Assembly: GCA_039190745.1 (NCBI GenBank)
Contig: JBCCXZ010000022.1
Location: forward strand, 1-52,772
Source of the DNA: Planctomycetota bacterium
GTDB lineage: Bacteria; Planctomycetota; Planctomycetia; Pirellulales; Lacipirellulaceae
Direction: 5' to 3'
DNA length: 52,772 nt
This document shows positions 25,467 to 34,797 of this stretch, piece by piece. The notes beneath the pieces are model-generated. The model did no database searches. It was not told the origin of the DNA and saw only the letters and a list, made by a program, of their open reading frames with translations. A program made the position numbers and the translations under genes. The first letter of the stretch is position 1, and each line of letters begins with the position of its first letter.

Positions 25467-28286
25467 CTAGCCCAACATTTCCGCGATCGTCGTCTTCGCA
25501 ACCTCAATCGCCTCGGGCAGCTTCTCGGGCTGCTTGCCGCCGGCCTGGGCCATGTCGGGCCGGCCGCCGCCGCCGCCGCCGAGGGCCTTGGCTACCGGGC
25601 CGATCCACTTGCCGGCGCTCACGCCGCGGTCTTGCAGGTCTTTGGAGATGCCGGCGACCAGCGTCACCTTGTCGTCGCCCTGGCGGCTGGCCAACAGAAC
25701 CGCAGACGACTCGGTCTTGCCGCGCACCTGGTCGATGAGCTGCCGCATGAGGTTGGCCTCGACCGTGGGCGCTTCGGCGACGACGACCGTGGCGCCGGCA
25801 ACGGTCTCGGCGTTTTCGAGCAGGCTCTCTGCGGTGATCGGCCCGGCGGTGGCGCGCTCTTCGAGTCGCTTCCCGAGCTGCTCGACCTCGCCGGCGACCG
25901 CGCGGAGCCGCTCGGCGACCGACAGCGGGGCGACCGACAAACGCTGGGCCGCCTCGGCCAACAGCGATGCGCCGGCGGATTTGGACCGTTCCAGGTTGTC
26001 GTGGAGGAACGACGCGGCTTTCTCCAGCACGCCGCCCGAGGTAAGCAGCTTCTTCAGCTCACGCTGGCGGTCGAGCAGCGCGCCGACCGCGGCGGGGACC
26101 TGCTCGGGCTCAACGCCGAGGAACTGGGCGATGTCGGCGATGGCAGTCGTCACCTCGCCCGCGTGGGCCTCGGCCCGCTTGCCCGTGATGGCCGTTATCC
26201 GCCGCGTGCCGGCGGAGACCCCCTCCTCGCTGAGGATCTCGAACCGGCCGACTTCGGAGGTTTTGTCGAGGTGGCAGCCGCCGCAGAGCTCGCGGCTGAA
26301 GGCCTTGTCGCCCTCGCCCATCGAGACCATCCGCACCGGGTCGGGGTACTTCTCGCCGAACAGCATCATCGCCCCCGCCGCGCGGGCGTTGGCCAGCGGC
26401 AACGTCTCGGCCCGCACGGGCACGGCCTCGGCGATGTGCTCGGTCACGTCGGCGGTGACGGCGGCGAGCTGCTCGCCGTCCACGGGGCTGAGGTTGGTGA
26501 AGTCGAACCGCAGCCAGTCTTCGTCCACCTTCGAGCCCTGCTGCTGGGCGTGGCTGCCGAGGTGCTTCTGCAGCGCGTGGTGCAAGATGTGCGTGGCGGA
26601 GTGGGCCCGGCGGATGCCGTCGCGACGGTCGGCGTCGACCTCTGCAGTCACCTTAGCGCCTTCGGCGACGACGCCGCTCTTGAGGTGCCCATAGTGGACC
26701 ACCAGCTGGCCGTCTTTCTGGGTGTCAACAACGTCAAACACGAAGCCGTCGCCCGAGATGCGGCCCGTGTCGCCCACCTGTCCGCCGCTCTCGCCGTAGA
26801 AGGGCGTGCGGTCGAGCACCAGCCGCACCGGGTCGGCGTGGCCCACCTCTTCGAGCTGGTCGCAGAGCCGGTCTTCGGGCGGCTTGCCGGCGATGATGCC
26901 CTTCACCACGGCGTTGGTCTTGGTGGTTTCGTAGCCGACGAACTCGGTCTTGTGCAGCGCGTGCTTGAGCGAGTCGATCGGCCCCTTGGCGGCCATCACG
27001 GTACGCTGCTCGCCGCCGGAAACCTGGCCGTGCTCCTCCATGGCCTTGGCGTAGCCGTCCCAGTCGAAGGCGAGGTTGTGCTCCGCGGCGAGCGACTCGA
27101 ACAGCTCCGGCGGCACGCCGTAAGTCTGGTAGAGCTCGGCCGCGACGCCGCCGTCGACGCGTGTGCGGCTGGAAGAACGCATCTCTTCGAACACGCGCTC
27201 GATGCGGTTCAGGCCGTCGTCGATCGTGGAGAAGAAGTTGGCTTCCTCCTTCTCGATGACGCTCGCGACGCGGTCGGTCGTCTCGGCGAGCTCCGGGTAG
27301 GGCTCGGCCATCACCTCAACCACCTTGGGGACGAGCTTACAAAGGAACGGCTCGCTGAGCCCGAGCTGGTGGCCGTCGAGCACCGCTCGGCGGAGTAGAC
27401 GTTTGACGACGTACTTTTCCTTGTTGGCGCCGGGGTAGACGTTCTCGTGCACCGCGAACGTGCAGGCCCGGACGTGGTCGGTGATCCGCCGGATCCGCCG
27501 GCCGGCGTCGCTGTCGAGCTGGTACTGCACGCCGCACACCTCGGCGGCGGCCTCAACAATTGGCATCAGGCTGTCGATGTGGTAGTTGGTCGGCACGCCC
27601 TGCAGCGTGGCGGCGGTGCGCTCCAGGCCCATGCCCGTGTCGATATTTTTCGACGGCAGCGGGCGGAGGTTGTCGGGCGGGTCGCCTACGCGGTTGAACT
27701 GCGTGAACACCAGGTTCCAGATCTCGACCTGGTCGCCCGTGTTGTCTTTGTAGTAGATCTCGCTGCACGGGCCGCACACGCCGTCGGGGCCCTCGCTCGG
27801 CGCGCTGGCGGGCCAGAAGTTTTCGTCCTCGTCCATCCACTCGATACGCGACGCGGGCAGCTTGATGTCCTCGGCCCAGATGTCGGCGGCTTCCTGGTCG
27901 TCCTTGTAGACGGTGACGCTCAGACGGTCGGGGTCGATCGCCAGCCACTTGGGGTCGGTCAAGAACTCCCAGGCCCAGTGGATCGCCTCGCGTTTGAAGT
28001 AGTCGCCGAAGCTGAAGTTGCCCAGCATCTCGAAGAACGTGTGGTGGTACGCCGTGCGGCCCACGTTCTCGATGTCGCCGGTGCGGAGGCACTTCTGGCT
28101 GGAGGTGGCCCGCGTGTAGTCGAGCTTCACCTTGCCGAGGAAGTGGTCTTTGAATTGGTTCATCCCCGCCGGGGTGAACAGCACCGAAGGGTCCCAGGTC
28201 GGCACCAGCACGTCGCTGGCGACGCGGGTGTGGCCCTTGGTCTCGAAGAAGGCGAGGTATTTTTCGCGGAGTTCCGTGGTCTTCAT
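25467..28286 (-). CDS. alaS: Alanine--tRNA ligase
   Basis: LFTPAGMNQFK, HHTFFEMLGNFSFGDYFK, IDTGMGLER, HSATH, ELCGGCH, GGGGGGRPDMAQAGG. Confidence 0.98.
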   Translation of the reverse strand: MKTTELREKYLAFFETKGHTRVASDVLVPTWDPSVLFTPAGMNQFKDHFLGKVKLDYTRATSSQKCLRTGDIENVGRTAYHHTFFEMLGNFSFGDYFKREAIHWAWEFLTDPKWLAIDPDRLSVTVYKDDQEAADIWAEDIKLPASRIEWMDEDENFWPASAPSEGPDGVCGPCSEIYYKDNTGDQVEIWNLVFTQFNRVGDPPDNLRPLPSKNIDTGMGLERTAATLQGVPTNYHIDSLMPIVEAAAEVCGVQYQLDSDAGRRIRRITDHVRACTFAVHENVYPGANKEKYVVKRLLRRAVLDGHQLGLSEPFLCKLVPKVVEVMAEPYPELAETTDRVASVIEKEEANFFSTIDDGLNRIERVFEEMRSSSRTRVDGGVAAELYQTYGVPPELFESLAAEHNLAFDWDGYAKAMEEHGQVSGGEQRTVMAAKGPIDSLKHALHKTEFVGYETTKTNAVVKGIIAGKPPEDRLCDQLEEVGHADPVRLVLDRTPFYGESGGQVGDTGRISGDGFVFDVVDTQKDGQLVVHYGHLKSGVVAEGAKVTAEVDADRRDGIRRAHSATHILHHALQKHLGSHAQQQGSKVDEDWLRFDFTNLSPVDGEQLAAVTADVTEHIAEAVPVRAETLPLANARAAGAMMLFGEKYPDPVRMVSMGEGDKAFSRELCGGCHLDKTSEVGRFEILSEEGVSAGTRRITAITGKRAEAHAGEVTTAIADIAQFLGVEPEQVPAAVGALLDRQRELKKLLTSGGVLEKAASFLHDNLERSKSAGASLLAEAAQRLSVAPLSVAERLRAVAGEVEQLGKRLEERATAGPITAESLLENAETVAGATVVVAEAPTVEANLMRQLIDQVRGKTESSAVLLASRQGDDKVTLVAGISKDLQDRGVSAGKWIGPVAKALGGGGGGRPDMAQAGGKQPEKLPEAIEVAKTTIAEMLG

Positions 28287-28390
28287 AGCTGAGCGTGGTA
28301 GATGGTGCGGTCGCGGAAGCCCCGATGATATCTGCCTAAGGAGGAGAGGACTACCGCCGCCAAGGGGGGGGTGGTCGACGCATTGCAGAA

Positions 28391-28561
28391 AAGGGGATGG
28401 GGAGATGTGTGGGGATACGGGAGATGAAAGAAACGAGGGCTGTGGGAGGCGTCTCCGACGCCGATTACGCTTCGCCATTTCCTGTTGAGTTGGCCTCAAA
28501 AGGAGTTCCGCACTCTCTCCTGTTCATCCCCCATCATCCCCAACATCCCCCTCATCTCCTT
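28391..28561. repeat. Composite element copy 2 (arms opposite in orientation to copy 1) enclosing a degenerate family B doublet (~28442-28513)
   Basis: Left arm matches the reverse complement of the copy 1 right arm and vice versa; core GTGGGAGGCGTCTCCGACGCCGATT. Confidence 0.78.
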
Positions 28562-28592
28562 GGCGTCCATCGAGCTTCACAACAGTGTAGGA

Positions 28593-29888
28593 CTAAGCCT
28601 CGATCGGCCCGGGGTTGGCGGCGGTGAGGCTGGCGACGCAGACGGCGGCGGCGAACAGGCCCATCGCCCACAGCGATGGGGTGAACCCGCCCAGGTAGTC
28701 GGCGCTGACGCCCATCACCAACGGCCCGAGGCTGCTGCCCGCGATGGCCGCGGTGAGCGAGGTGCCGCGGATCTTTCCCAGGTGCGTGCGGCCGAAGTAG
28801 CGGGGCCAGATCGTGCCAACGATCACAGTCATCGTGCCCTGCCCCAGCCCGAAGAGCGCATAGCCGACGAAGGCGCCGGGCTTGCCCAAGCCGGCCATCG
28901 AGAAGCAGGTCGCCGCGATCGCGGCCACGGCAGCTGCGAGCATCAGCCGCCCGGGCAGACGATCGGCGAGAAGGCCGCCGAGCACCTGCATCGCAGCCAT
29001 GCCGCACGCCAGCACCGTGAGGGCGATCTTCGCTTCGTCGGTGGAGAGCCCTAGCTCGCCGAACAGCGCGTTGATGTGGAAAATGAGCCCCGTGCCGATA
29101 CCGGCCCACGTCGCCGCGGCAAGCAGGAGCATCCAGTACGCGTGGGTCGTGCGCGCCTCGGAGAGGGTGTAGCCCCGGCTGGGGTGCGGGTCGGCCTCCA
29201 CACCGCGTTTCCGTAAGCGAGCGAGACTGGCGCGTCGTCCGTCGCGGACCTCTCCAACCTCGTGAGGGACCTCGCGGTAGAACAGCAGCACCAACGGCAC
29301 GAGCACCGCGGCGATGCCCGCTGCCAAAGCCACGTACGCCCCACGCCAACCGAACTGATCGATCAGCGTCGCGATCCCAGACGGCACGACCGCAATCGAC
29401 CCGGCCATGCCGAGTTGCATGGCCCCGCTGGCGACGCCGAGCCGCCGGTCGAACCAGTTGGCGACCGTGTTGTTCGCCAGCAGCGTCAACCAGCCCGGAC
29501 CGACCGAGCGCATCAGCAAGTAGAACGCGAACAGCATCGCGACATTGCTTACGGCCGAGCCCAAGAGGCACAGCACCGCCATGGCTGCGACAGCAATCAG
29601 GATCGTGCGGCGGAGGCCGAGCCGGTCGCTCAGGCCGCCCAAGTAGGGCACGGCCAGCGACGCGAGGACCGTGGCGGTCAGGTAGACCGCCGCGATGCCG
29701 GTGGTGCTCAACCCGCACACGGCGCGGAAGTGTTCGTTGAAGAACGCAACGCCGAAGGTCTGGCCCGGGGTGCTCGCCAGCATGACCAGCGTCGCCAACC
29801 CCACCATCACCCAACCGTAGAACAACCGCGAGGGTTCTTCGTCGACCGACAGGGATTCGGCATCGGGGGCTTCGGCAACGGTCGACAA
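28593..29888 (-). CDS. MFS transporter
   Basis: About 12 hydrophobic segments; GGLSDRLGLRR and GLLADRLPGR motif A; NWFDRRLGVA; YFGRTHLGKIRG. Start approximate. Confidence 0.9.
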   Translation of the reverse strand: MSTVAEAPDAESLSVDEEPSRLFYGWVMVGLATLVMLASTPGQTFGVAFFNEHFRAVCGLSTTGIAAVYLTATVLASLAVPYLGGLSDRLGLRRTILIAVAAMAVLCLLGSAVSNVAMLFAFYLLMRSVGPGWLTLLANNTVANWFDRRLGVASGAMQLGMAGSIAVVPSGIATLIDQFGWRGAYVALAAGIAAVLVPLVLLFYREVPHEVGEVRDGRRASLARLRKRGVEADPHPSRGYTLSEARTTHAYWMLLLAAATWAGIGTGLIFHINALFGELGLSTDEAKIALTVLACGMAAMQVLGGLLADRLPGRLMLAAAVAAIAATCFSMAGLGKPGAFVGYALFGLGQGTMTVIVGTIWPRYFGRTHLGKIRGTSLTAAIAGSSLGPLVMGVSADYLGGFTPSLWAMGLFAAAVCVASLTAANPGPIEA

Positions 29889-30096
29889 AGAACTGGCCTG
29901 GGCAGGGAGCCGGGGGGCGAGAGGGGAACCTGAGGCGGGACGCGGCGGGGCCTCTAGTGTACCGCAGGCCCTACTGAACGGACACACGTCGAGGTGCGCG
30001 GTTCGGGTAGTGGTGTCGCGGCAAGACTGCGGCGGTGGGCAGGGTCTGGTATCTTACGGCGGCAGGTCCACCCGCCCGGTCCAACCCACGCAGCGT

Positions 30097-31168
30097 ATGC
30101 CGCCCCCCGAAGCCAGCCCCCGCGAAGCCCACATACAGCGTGTCGTGGAGTGGCTACACCACCGTGTGCTGTGGCTTCTGGTGGGTTGTTATGCCCTCGC
30201 GGCGGTCGCGCCGGGCCCGGGCCTGGCGATCCGCAACCTCTCGTTCCAATCCCCCGACGGCGACGCGGTGCGGGGCGCCGATGCTGCTCATTGCGCTCTT
30301 GCTGTTCTGCGCCGCGGCACTCATCCGCTGGCGTGAGGCGGTCCACCTCCTCGAACGCCCCGGCCTGCTAGCAGTGAGCATCGCGGCGGTCTGGGTGGGG
30401 CCGGCATTGTTCGTCGCGCTGTTGGGGCTGACGATGCCGCAGATGTTCTGGCAGGCCTCGACATCGGGCGTGATGGTCGGGCTGGCGTTGGTTGCCGCGA
30501 TGCCGGTCGCCAACTCCTCGGTCGGCTGGACCCAAACCGCGGGCGGCAACACGGCCTTCGGGCTGGCGCTGGTGGTGCTCTCGATCTTGGTGAGCCCGGT
30601 GGCGACGCCGCAGGTGCTGCGACTGATGGGTTTTGCCCTCTCGGCGGAGTCGACCGAGAGCATCAGCCGCGTGGTCACCGACTTTTCCGGATCGCGGTTT
30701 ATCATGTGGGTAATCCTGCCCTCGGTAGCCGGCATGGCGGCGGCCACACTGGCGGGACCGGAGTTAGTGGCCCGCGCCCGGCCTTGGCTCCGCGCGACCA
30801 CCGTCTGCACGATCCTGCTGCTGAACTACGCCAACGCGTCGCTGGCGATGCCGCAGTTGGTAGCCGACGAGACGTTTGCCACGCTCGTGCTGCCGGTAAC
30901 CCTCGCGGTGCTGATCTCGGTTGTTGGTTTAGGCACGGCGTCGGCAGTCTCGCGTTTGGCAAAGCTCCCGCAAGAGACGCGCACCGCGCTGCTGTTCGGC
31001 CAGAGCATGAAGCACACCGGGCTGGCGCTGGTGCTCGCCGGCGAACTGCTCTCCGGCCAGCCGCGGGTACTGCTGGTGATCATGCTCGCGACGCTCACGC
31101 AGCACCTGGTCGCCGGCGGCGTGACGCGGCTGCTGCCCACCGGCGCCTCCGAACCGGAAGGCGCCTAG
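30097..31168 (+). pseudogene. Bile acid:sodium symporter family transporter, frameshifted near 30272 (pseudogene or sequencing error)
   Basis: N-terminus (MPPP...WLHHRVLWLLVGCYALAAVAPGPGL) lies in the 30010 frame; the rest (PMLLIALLLF..., GLALVAAMPVANSS, MKHTGLALVLA) lies in the 30035 frame. Removing one G from CGGGGC joins them. Confidence 0.8.
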
Positions 31169-33819
31169 GGCATCGGCTCTTGAACCAACACCACCCAGCC
31201 GGCCGGTTCGCTGCCGCCGATCCCTTCATGCCAGGTGCCGGGCACGTCGTAGTAGGCGCCCCAATAACGGGCTCCGCTGTCGTCGTAGGGGTCTTGGTAG
31301 CCGGAGACGAAGCCGCTCCTCTGGCCCCGCATCGCTTGGAGAACCTTGGCGTCCACGCGTTTTGATCCGATGCCGCGCTCGGCTATCTTTCGTTCGGAGT
31401 GGTGCAGTATCAGCCCCCGTTGAGGTTCACCGCCTTCGAGGAATGACTCACGCAAGTCGACAAGCACCGCCTGATTGCCTCCGAGTTTCTTCGGATGAAT
31501 CGACGAGAAGCTGCCGATCTCCAGCGACATCGCAAGCACGCCGCTGACTTTCCGCTCTCCGGGCAATCGGATCGGAACCGAGAGCGCTACCTTCAACTCC
31601 TTGGTCTGTTTGCTCGCATATACCGAAGAGAGATTCGGTTCACGGATCGGCTCAACGCCTTTTGATTCTTGTGGCGTCAGTTCCCGTCCGCCGCCGTGGA
31701 AGTAGTCACGTGTTGCAAAGGACTGACCTATCGTTTCTTTCTTGGGATTGCGGCCGAGTTGCGTCCCGTTGGCATCGGTCACGAACAGGCTGCTCGGCTT
31801 GAAATCGGCGTAGTCACTGTACTTCTGGAGGAGCCACCTCTGAACCAACTCGGCGGGCTTGTCGTAACTCGGGATTCCTTCGACCGCCGTAAAGGCCGAA
31901 ATGAACTCCTCTTCTTTCGAGTCCTTCTGCAGCACCCGGAAACGCTCGTCGATAGCCGTGGCCATCAGGTCCTCGGCCGCGAGTTTGGCAAACCCTGTGA
32001 GAGTCTCATTGGCTTTCTCCGCCAGTCGCTGCCGGTAACTGGAGTACATCGACCAACCGACGCCAACCATAATGCCCAGCACCACGATCACCGGCAACGC
32101 CCGCCCCAGCAACCACCGCCGCGACGGGCCCATGACGCTTGCCTTCGAGAGCCACGTGTCGACCCCCGTCTGCGTGTCGGGCCGGGTGCGGGCGTGCAGG
32201 GCGGTCTCGCCGTCGGGGTCGACGTACTCGCGGACCAGAGCGACCACGTCGTGCCCCTCGGTAAAGGGCGCCAGCGCCGCGGCCGCCTCGGCGGGGGTCG
32301 CGTAGCGATCTTCCGGCTTCTTGGCGAGCATCTTCCGCACCACATCCCATAGCCGCCGCGGCACGCCGGCCGACGAGGGCAGCGGCGGAACACGCGACTT
32401 CTCGTGCGCCTTCTCGGGCCGCAGGTCCGAATCGGCAAACGGCGGGCTCCCGGCAAGCAGGTGGTACAGCGTGCAGCCGAGACTATAGATGTCTGCCCTA
32501 ATGTCGACCGACGTGGTTCTCCACTGCTCGGGCGACATGTACATGCCGGTGCCCATCGCCTTGTTGTCGTAGAGCGTGAGCCGGTCCTGCCGGTCGCCGG
32601 CCAACAGCGCGAGTCCGAGGTCGAGGATCTTGACCAGCCCGTACTGCCCGCCCGACTCGGCGTGCGTCGTGCTGCTGCCCGCCACCGCTTCGGCGTCGAC
32701 CGCGGTGAGCATCAGGTTCGAGGGCTTCAGGTCGCGGTGGACCATGCCGCTAGTGTGAATGAACTGCAGCCCCCGGGCGGCCTGACGGACGATCTCGCAG
32801 GCGTCGGCTGCTGAGAGCGTGCCCCGTTGATCCAGCAGGTCGTCGAGCGCAACGCCCTCGATGTGCTCCATCACCAAGTAATGGACCCGGTCGGTAGGCG
32901 CCGACGAGTCGATCGCCACGACGATGTTCTGGTGCTCCAGCGCGCCGATCGCCTTGATCTCTTGGTAGAACCGACGGACCACGTCCTGGTTGCCCGCGGC
33001 CACGAGCTGCGGCTTGATGACCTTGATCGCCCGCACACGATCGAACTGGGTGTGACGCCCCTTGTAGACGTCGCCCATGCCCCCGCTGCCGAGCAGCTCT
33101 TCGAGCTGGTAGTTCCCTACGCGCTGCAGCGCCGGGACCGCGGTCGCGGAAGCACCGCCGGCCCCAGAAGCCGAGCCTGAGCCGCCCCCCTCGAACCCGA
33201 CCGTGGGAACCACCGTCCACTCGCGATTCGAGTGGCTCTTGGGGCGCTCGCGCAGCTTCTGCGCCGACTGGCCGTCGAACAGCAGCTCGTAAACCTCGAC
33301 GCGCCCGATGCCCTTGAGGTGGTGCCTGCCGTGAGAGTGAAAGACAACGCCGTCCAGGCCGATGTCGTCGAGGATGGCCATCACGCTCCGCGAGACCAGG
33401 ATCTGGTCGGCCGTGGCGTAGTCGTTCAGCCGCGCGGCGTAGTCGACTGTCTTACCGACGAAGTTGTCTGGGTCGGCCGGGTCGACTTGGGGCACGCCGA
33501 CGTGCATGCTGATGCGCACCTCGACCCGGCCTCCGCTGGGAGTGGCGATCGGCCGGTCGCGGTGGCTCCGCTGGACCTCCACCGCCCATTGAGCCGCCAC
33601 GATCGTGTTCGGGAACGCCAGGAAGTGCCCGTCGCCGGCGGTCGAAACGACCCGGCCGCCGAACTCGGCCAGCCGCTCTTCGATCCGCTCACGGTGCGGC
33701 GTGAGGATCTCGTTGATGAACGCCATGTCCCGTTCGGTGACGCTCCGGCCGGTCATCTCGTCCTTGAGACTGACGCTGCCGCAGATGTCGGTGAACAGGA
33801 ATGACTTGAGTTCGGCCAT
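31165..33819 (-). CDS. Class III nucleotidyl cyclase-like domain + Ser/Thr kinase + TM helix + extracytoplasmic Cache-like domain
   Basis: FLFTDICGS, TAGDG, RISMHVG, G.TVDYAARL, LKGIG (cyclase); LGSGGMGDVY, AIK, HRDLKPSN, DLG, YMSPEQ, DIYSLG (kinase); TM ALPVIVVLGIMVGVGW; LFVTDANG...RDYF...VALSVPI...GVLA (Cache-like). Confidence 0.87.
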   Translation of the reverse strand: MAELKSFLFTDICGSVSLKDEMTGRSVTERDMAFINEILTPHRERIEERLAEFGGRVVSTAGDGHFLAFPNTIVAAQWAVEVQRSHRDRPIATPSGGRVEVRISMHVGVPQVDPADPDNFVGKTVDYAARLNDYATADQILVSRSVMAILDDIGLDGVVFHSHGRHHLKGIGRVEVYELLFDGQSAQKLRERPKSHSNREWTVVPTVGFEGGGSGSASGAGGASATAVPALQRVGNYQLEELLGSGGMGDVYKGRHTQFDRVRAIKVIKPQLVAAGNQDVVRRFYQEIKAIGALEHQNIVVAIDSSAPTDRVHYLVMEHIEGVALDDLLDQRGTLSAADACEIVRQAARGLQFIHTSGMVHRDLKPSNLMLTAVDAEAVAGSSTTHAESGGQYGLVKILDLGLALLAGDRQDRLTLYDNKAMGTGMYMSPEQWRTTSVDIRADIYSLGCTLYHLLAGSPPFADSDLRPEKAHEKSRVPPLPSSAGVPRRLWDVVRKMLAKKPEDRYATPAEAAAALAPFTEGHDVVALVREYVDPDGETALHARTRPDTQTGVDTWLSKASVMGPSRRWLLGRALPVIVVLGIMVGVGWSMYSSYRQRLAEKANETLTGFAKLAAEDLMATAIDERFRVLQKDSKEEEFISAFTAVEGIPSYDKPAELVQRWLLQKYSDYADFKPSSLFVTDANGTQLGRNPKKETIGQSFATRDYFHGGGRELTPQESKGVEPIREPNLSSVYASKQTKELKVALSVPIRLPGERKVSGVLAMSLEIGSFSSIHPKKLGGNQAVLVDLRESFLEGGEPQRGLILHHSERKIAERGIGSKRVDAKVLQAMRGQRSGFVSGYQDPYDDSGARYWGAYYDVPGTWHEGIGGSEPAGWVVLVQEPMP

Positions 33820-33969
33820 GTGGCGGGTGGAGGTGGTCGGGCGTTGGTGGCGGCCGGACGCGGGTCCGGCTATCGGTCCTCTCCAGCCCTCTTCTTCCCG
33901 CCGCCTTCTTCAACCATGCCAAACACGGCCACGCCAACCTTGCCGTGCGAAGCGTGGCGAGTCCGGCCG

Positions 33970-34338
33970 CTAGTAGCCTACCACCACCGGTGCCGAGTAG
34001 ACCACGGGCACCGCGGGGCCGGGCCGGTAACGGGTGACCGTGCCGCCGAGGATCGGGCGTCGACGGGTAATCACGCGCGTCGTCGGCTGGTAAACCACCG
34101 TCGATGCCACGGCCGGCGCCGCAACGGGGGCGTAGTACGCGGTGGTCGGTGCGTAGTACGAGGTCGTGTAAACGGGCCGCGCGACTACCACCGGTTGCGG
34201 GACCGGTACCGGGGCAATCACCGGGCGGTAGACAACCGTGGGGACATACTGCGCCGAAGCGGTGTGGGCCGCCGCCGACAGGAGGGCCGCCGCGGCGACG
34301 CCAAGGGCTGCATTGCAGAGGCTGCGTGTGCTGATCAT
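33970..34338 (-). CDS. Small secreted Pro/Val/Tyr-rich hypothetical protein
   Basis: Signal peptide ending TASA|Q; repetitive PVV/YAP segments; GGAG RBS upstream. Confidence 0.6.
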   Translation of the reverse strand: MISTRSLCNAALGVAAAALLSAAAHTASAQYVPTVVYRPVIAPVPVPQPVVVARPVYTTSYYAPTTAYYAPVAAPAVASTVVYQPTTRVITRRRPILGGTVTRYRPGPAVPVVYSAPVVVGY

Positions 34339-34509
34339 TTCTGGGTGCTCCTGGTGCGGAGTGGCGTCAACCCTGACCTTGGTGCACCGCCCCTGCCTGG
34401 GCGTTGCCCGGGGCAACCCAAGTGTCGCCCCTCAGTTAGAAAGTATCACGTGCGCAACCGCGACGTGCAACTGCTAGCCGCCCCTCGGACGCCAAAACCC
34501 AGCGTCCCG

Positions 34510-34773
34510 CTAGATACCGAGGTTCGCCAGTGCGGAAGAAACCTGATTGAGCGCCGCCGCGAGCCTGGGGTGCTCGGCCCCGAACTCCTGCACGACCTCC
34601 TCCACCCGGTCAGCGAGCGACTCGTCCCCGGCGTTGCCGCTCTCGCCCAGAACCCGCTGGATGTCGGACGTCAGCGTGGCCAGCATGGCGCGGGTGTTGT
34701 CGTCGACCTTCTCCATCCCTTCGAGCTCCTCGTGGAGCTTCTGGAGGGTCGCTTGAAGGGGTTGTGGGTCCAT
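34510..34773 (-). CDS. DUF4404-like small helical protein
   Basis: 87 aa; C-terminal F.AEHP.L...L...S.ALANLGI. Confidence 0.75.
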   Translation of the reverse strand: MDPQPLQATLQKLHEELEGMEKVDDNTRAMLATLTSDIQRVLGESGNAGDESLADRVEEVVQEFGAEHPRLAAALNQVSSALANLGI

Positions 34774-34797
34774 TTCAACCTCGGGGGCACACGCGGG

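Noticed and set aside
25383..27398. Long antisense ORFs (also 6830-8620, 15844-17592, 20399-21751, 38732-40162, 41762-43540, 43645-45324, 48290-49978)
   Set aside because: Shadow frames of well-supported genes, expected from high-GC codon bias; no motifs.
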